Assembly (NCBI GenBank): GCA_964545615.1
Contig: CAZJGV010000004.1
Location: forward strand, 1-39,862
From: an uncultured Pelotomaculum sp.
GTDB lineage: Bacteria; Bacillota; Desulfotomaculia; Desulfotomaculales; Pelotomaculaceae
Length of the DNA: 39,862 bases
Reading direction: 5' to 3'
Part shown: in pieces, positions 38,657-39,862 of the stretch
Layout: every line of letters begins with the position of its first letter
How positions within the stretch are numbered: the first letter of the stretch is position 1
The notes under the pieces: model-generated
Database searches by the model: none
Seen by the model: the letters and a program-made list of their open reading frames with translations, nothing else
What the model was told of the DNA's origin: nothing
Program-made: the position numbers and the translations under genes

Positions 38657-39775
38657 GTGCCGCTTAAGAGTGGAAGGGGGACATGTCTTTATCTGGTATT
38701 ATTCCTGATATGTTTTGCCCTGGCCGGATGCGCCCAGCAAAAAGCTTCTGCTACCCGCAATCCGGAATATGAAAGCCGGAAGATTGTGGTTGAAGGTGAT
38801 ATAGAGCAGCCTAAGGGGATCACCGTGGGAGAAATGCGGGCGCTTTCTCAAAAAAAACTGGACGCCAGTTTCAACCGGACCACCGGGCTTCTGGAAGAAT
38901 TTGAAGCAACCGGTCCTGACGTCAAGGATGTTCTGGAACACCTGGGCATCAACTATCAGGACTATAAGGGAATTGGTTTTGCCGGGAAGGATGCTTATTA
39001 TTGTCTGGTGACGCCGGAGATTATGGCTGAACGTGACCTGATTCTGGCTTTAACCATCGACGGGGAAAACGAACTGCCGGAAGAACTGCGGCCTGCGCGG
39101 TTATGCGTGCAGGGGGAGTTCGGACCCTACTGGGTGAAGATGGTCGACAGGATCGTTTTGTACAAGGAGATCCCGGAGAAAAATATCACTTCCGTATGGG
39201 TCTTTAAAAACCTGGCGAAAGGAATTGAACCCTACCCGTATGAATATTACGGCAGTAAAGATGACGCCATCGAACTGGCGCAGATCTTTTCCCGTTTTGA
39301 CAATGTAAACAGCAAGGCCTTCTTTACGATGAAATCATCTGACGGCTTCAAGAAGAATGAAGCGATAAACATGGTCAGCCAGCGCTATTACATCAAAGTT
39401 GCAGGTGAGGGCGCGCCGATGAACATGGCGCCGAATATAAAACTGGGCATGAACGTTATGCGTATGGCCTGGTTTTCCACCAATGCGGATGCGGCTGTTT
39501 TCCCTGAGGAAATAGTTGAATTAACCGGGGAGCAGCAAGCCGGCGCCCAAAAGGGTATTTCTTTACTGGCGATCCTGGAGGAAGTCGGCTTAACAGATAT
39601 TGAGAAGCGACAGTTTGAAGTAATCGGTACAGACGGCAGTAACGTTAAGGTAAGCGGGCGGGACCTGAACAAAGGAATTCTGCTCATGAAAGATGACGGC
39701 TCCTATCCGGTAGTTTGGAATGAGGGAGAAGGGCTGATCCCTATTGATAACTTAATGCGCATCCGTCAGCGGTAA
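38657..39775 (+). CDS. Lipoprotein with sulfite-oxidase-type molybdopterin-binding domain(s)
   Basis: RBS AAGGAGG; lipobox LAGC; G..V.DVL..LG, F.GKD.Y, ILALTIDGE..LP....PARL.V.G..G.YWVKMV.RI matches the Oxidored_molyb pattern. Confidence 0.82.
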   Translation: MPLKSGRGTCLYLVLFLICFALAGCAQQKASATRNPEYESRKIVVEGDIEQPKGITVGEMRALSQKKLDASFNRTTGLLEEFEATGPDVKDVLEHLGINYQDYKGIGFAGKDAYYCLVTPEIMAERDLILALTIDGENELPEELRPARLCVQGEFGPYWVKMVDRIVLYKEIPEKNITSVWVFKNLAKGIEPYPYEYYGSKDDAIELAQIFSRFDNVNSKAFFTMKSSDGFKKNEAINMVSQRYYIKVAGEGAPMNMAPNIKLGMNVMRMAWFSTNADAAVFPEEIVELTGEQQAGAQKGISLLAILEEVGLTDIEKRQFEVIGTDGSNVKVSGRDLNKGILLMKDDGSYPVVWNEGEGLIPIDNLMRIRQR

Positions 39776-39787
39776 GAGATACACCAC

Positions 39788-39860
39788 AGCGGAAAGGGGA
39801 CACACCGTTAGCGGAAAGGGGACACACCGTTAGCGGAAAGGGGACACACCGTTAGCGGAA
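39788..39860 (+). repeat. 22-bp tandem repeat AGCGGAAAGGGGACACACCGTT, three full copies plus a partial copy at the window end
   Basis: Exact copies at 39788, 39810 and 39832; no spacers. Confidence 0.9.
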
Positions 39861-39862
39861 CG

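Noticed and set aside
39788-39862. CRISPR array
   Set aside because: Repeats are head-to-tail with no unique spacers, and there are no cas genes in the window.

Overview
Chromosomal window from a low-GC Gram-positive anaerobe; SLH proteins and gene content suggest a Desulfotomaculum/Pelotomaculum-like clostridium (inference). Left to right: 3' end of a RelE/ParE toxin; a CAP protein; orphan carB; an AT-rich c-di-GMP module (solute-binding lipoprotein, REC-HD-GYP, a hybrid kinase with an internal stop, and a divergent GGDEF cyclase); a KaiC-like/V4R/wHTH/PAS-kinase operon without kaiA/kaiB; a nitrogen block (kinase, regulator, degenerate glnA, gdhA, and a 57-aa Cys-rich ORF absent from the ORF track); dat-MFS; a MenA/UbiA prenyltransferase; an FN3 surface protein; and proA. 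The most notable part is 28.6-39.8 kb. Two near-identical Moco-class riboswitch aptamers of the P3-less (tungsten-associated) type, each followed by a terminator-like hairpin, precede an ECF S-component, an ExbB/ExbD-like pair (MotA/TolQ + DUF2149) and five cell-surface proteins carrying sulfite-oxidase-like molybdopterin-binding domains that appear to lack the metal-ligating Cys. This looks like a candidate Mo/W-cofactor scavenging and import system. All family assignments are motif recognition by eye; no database searches were run.
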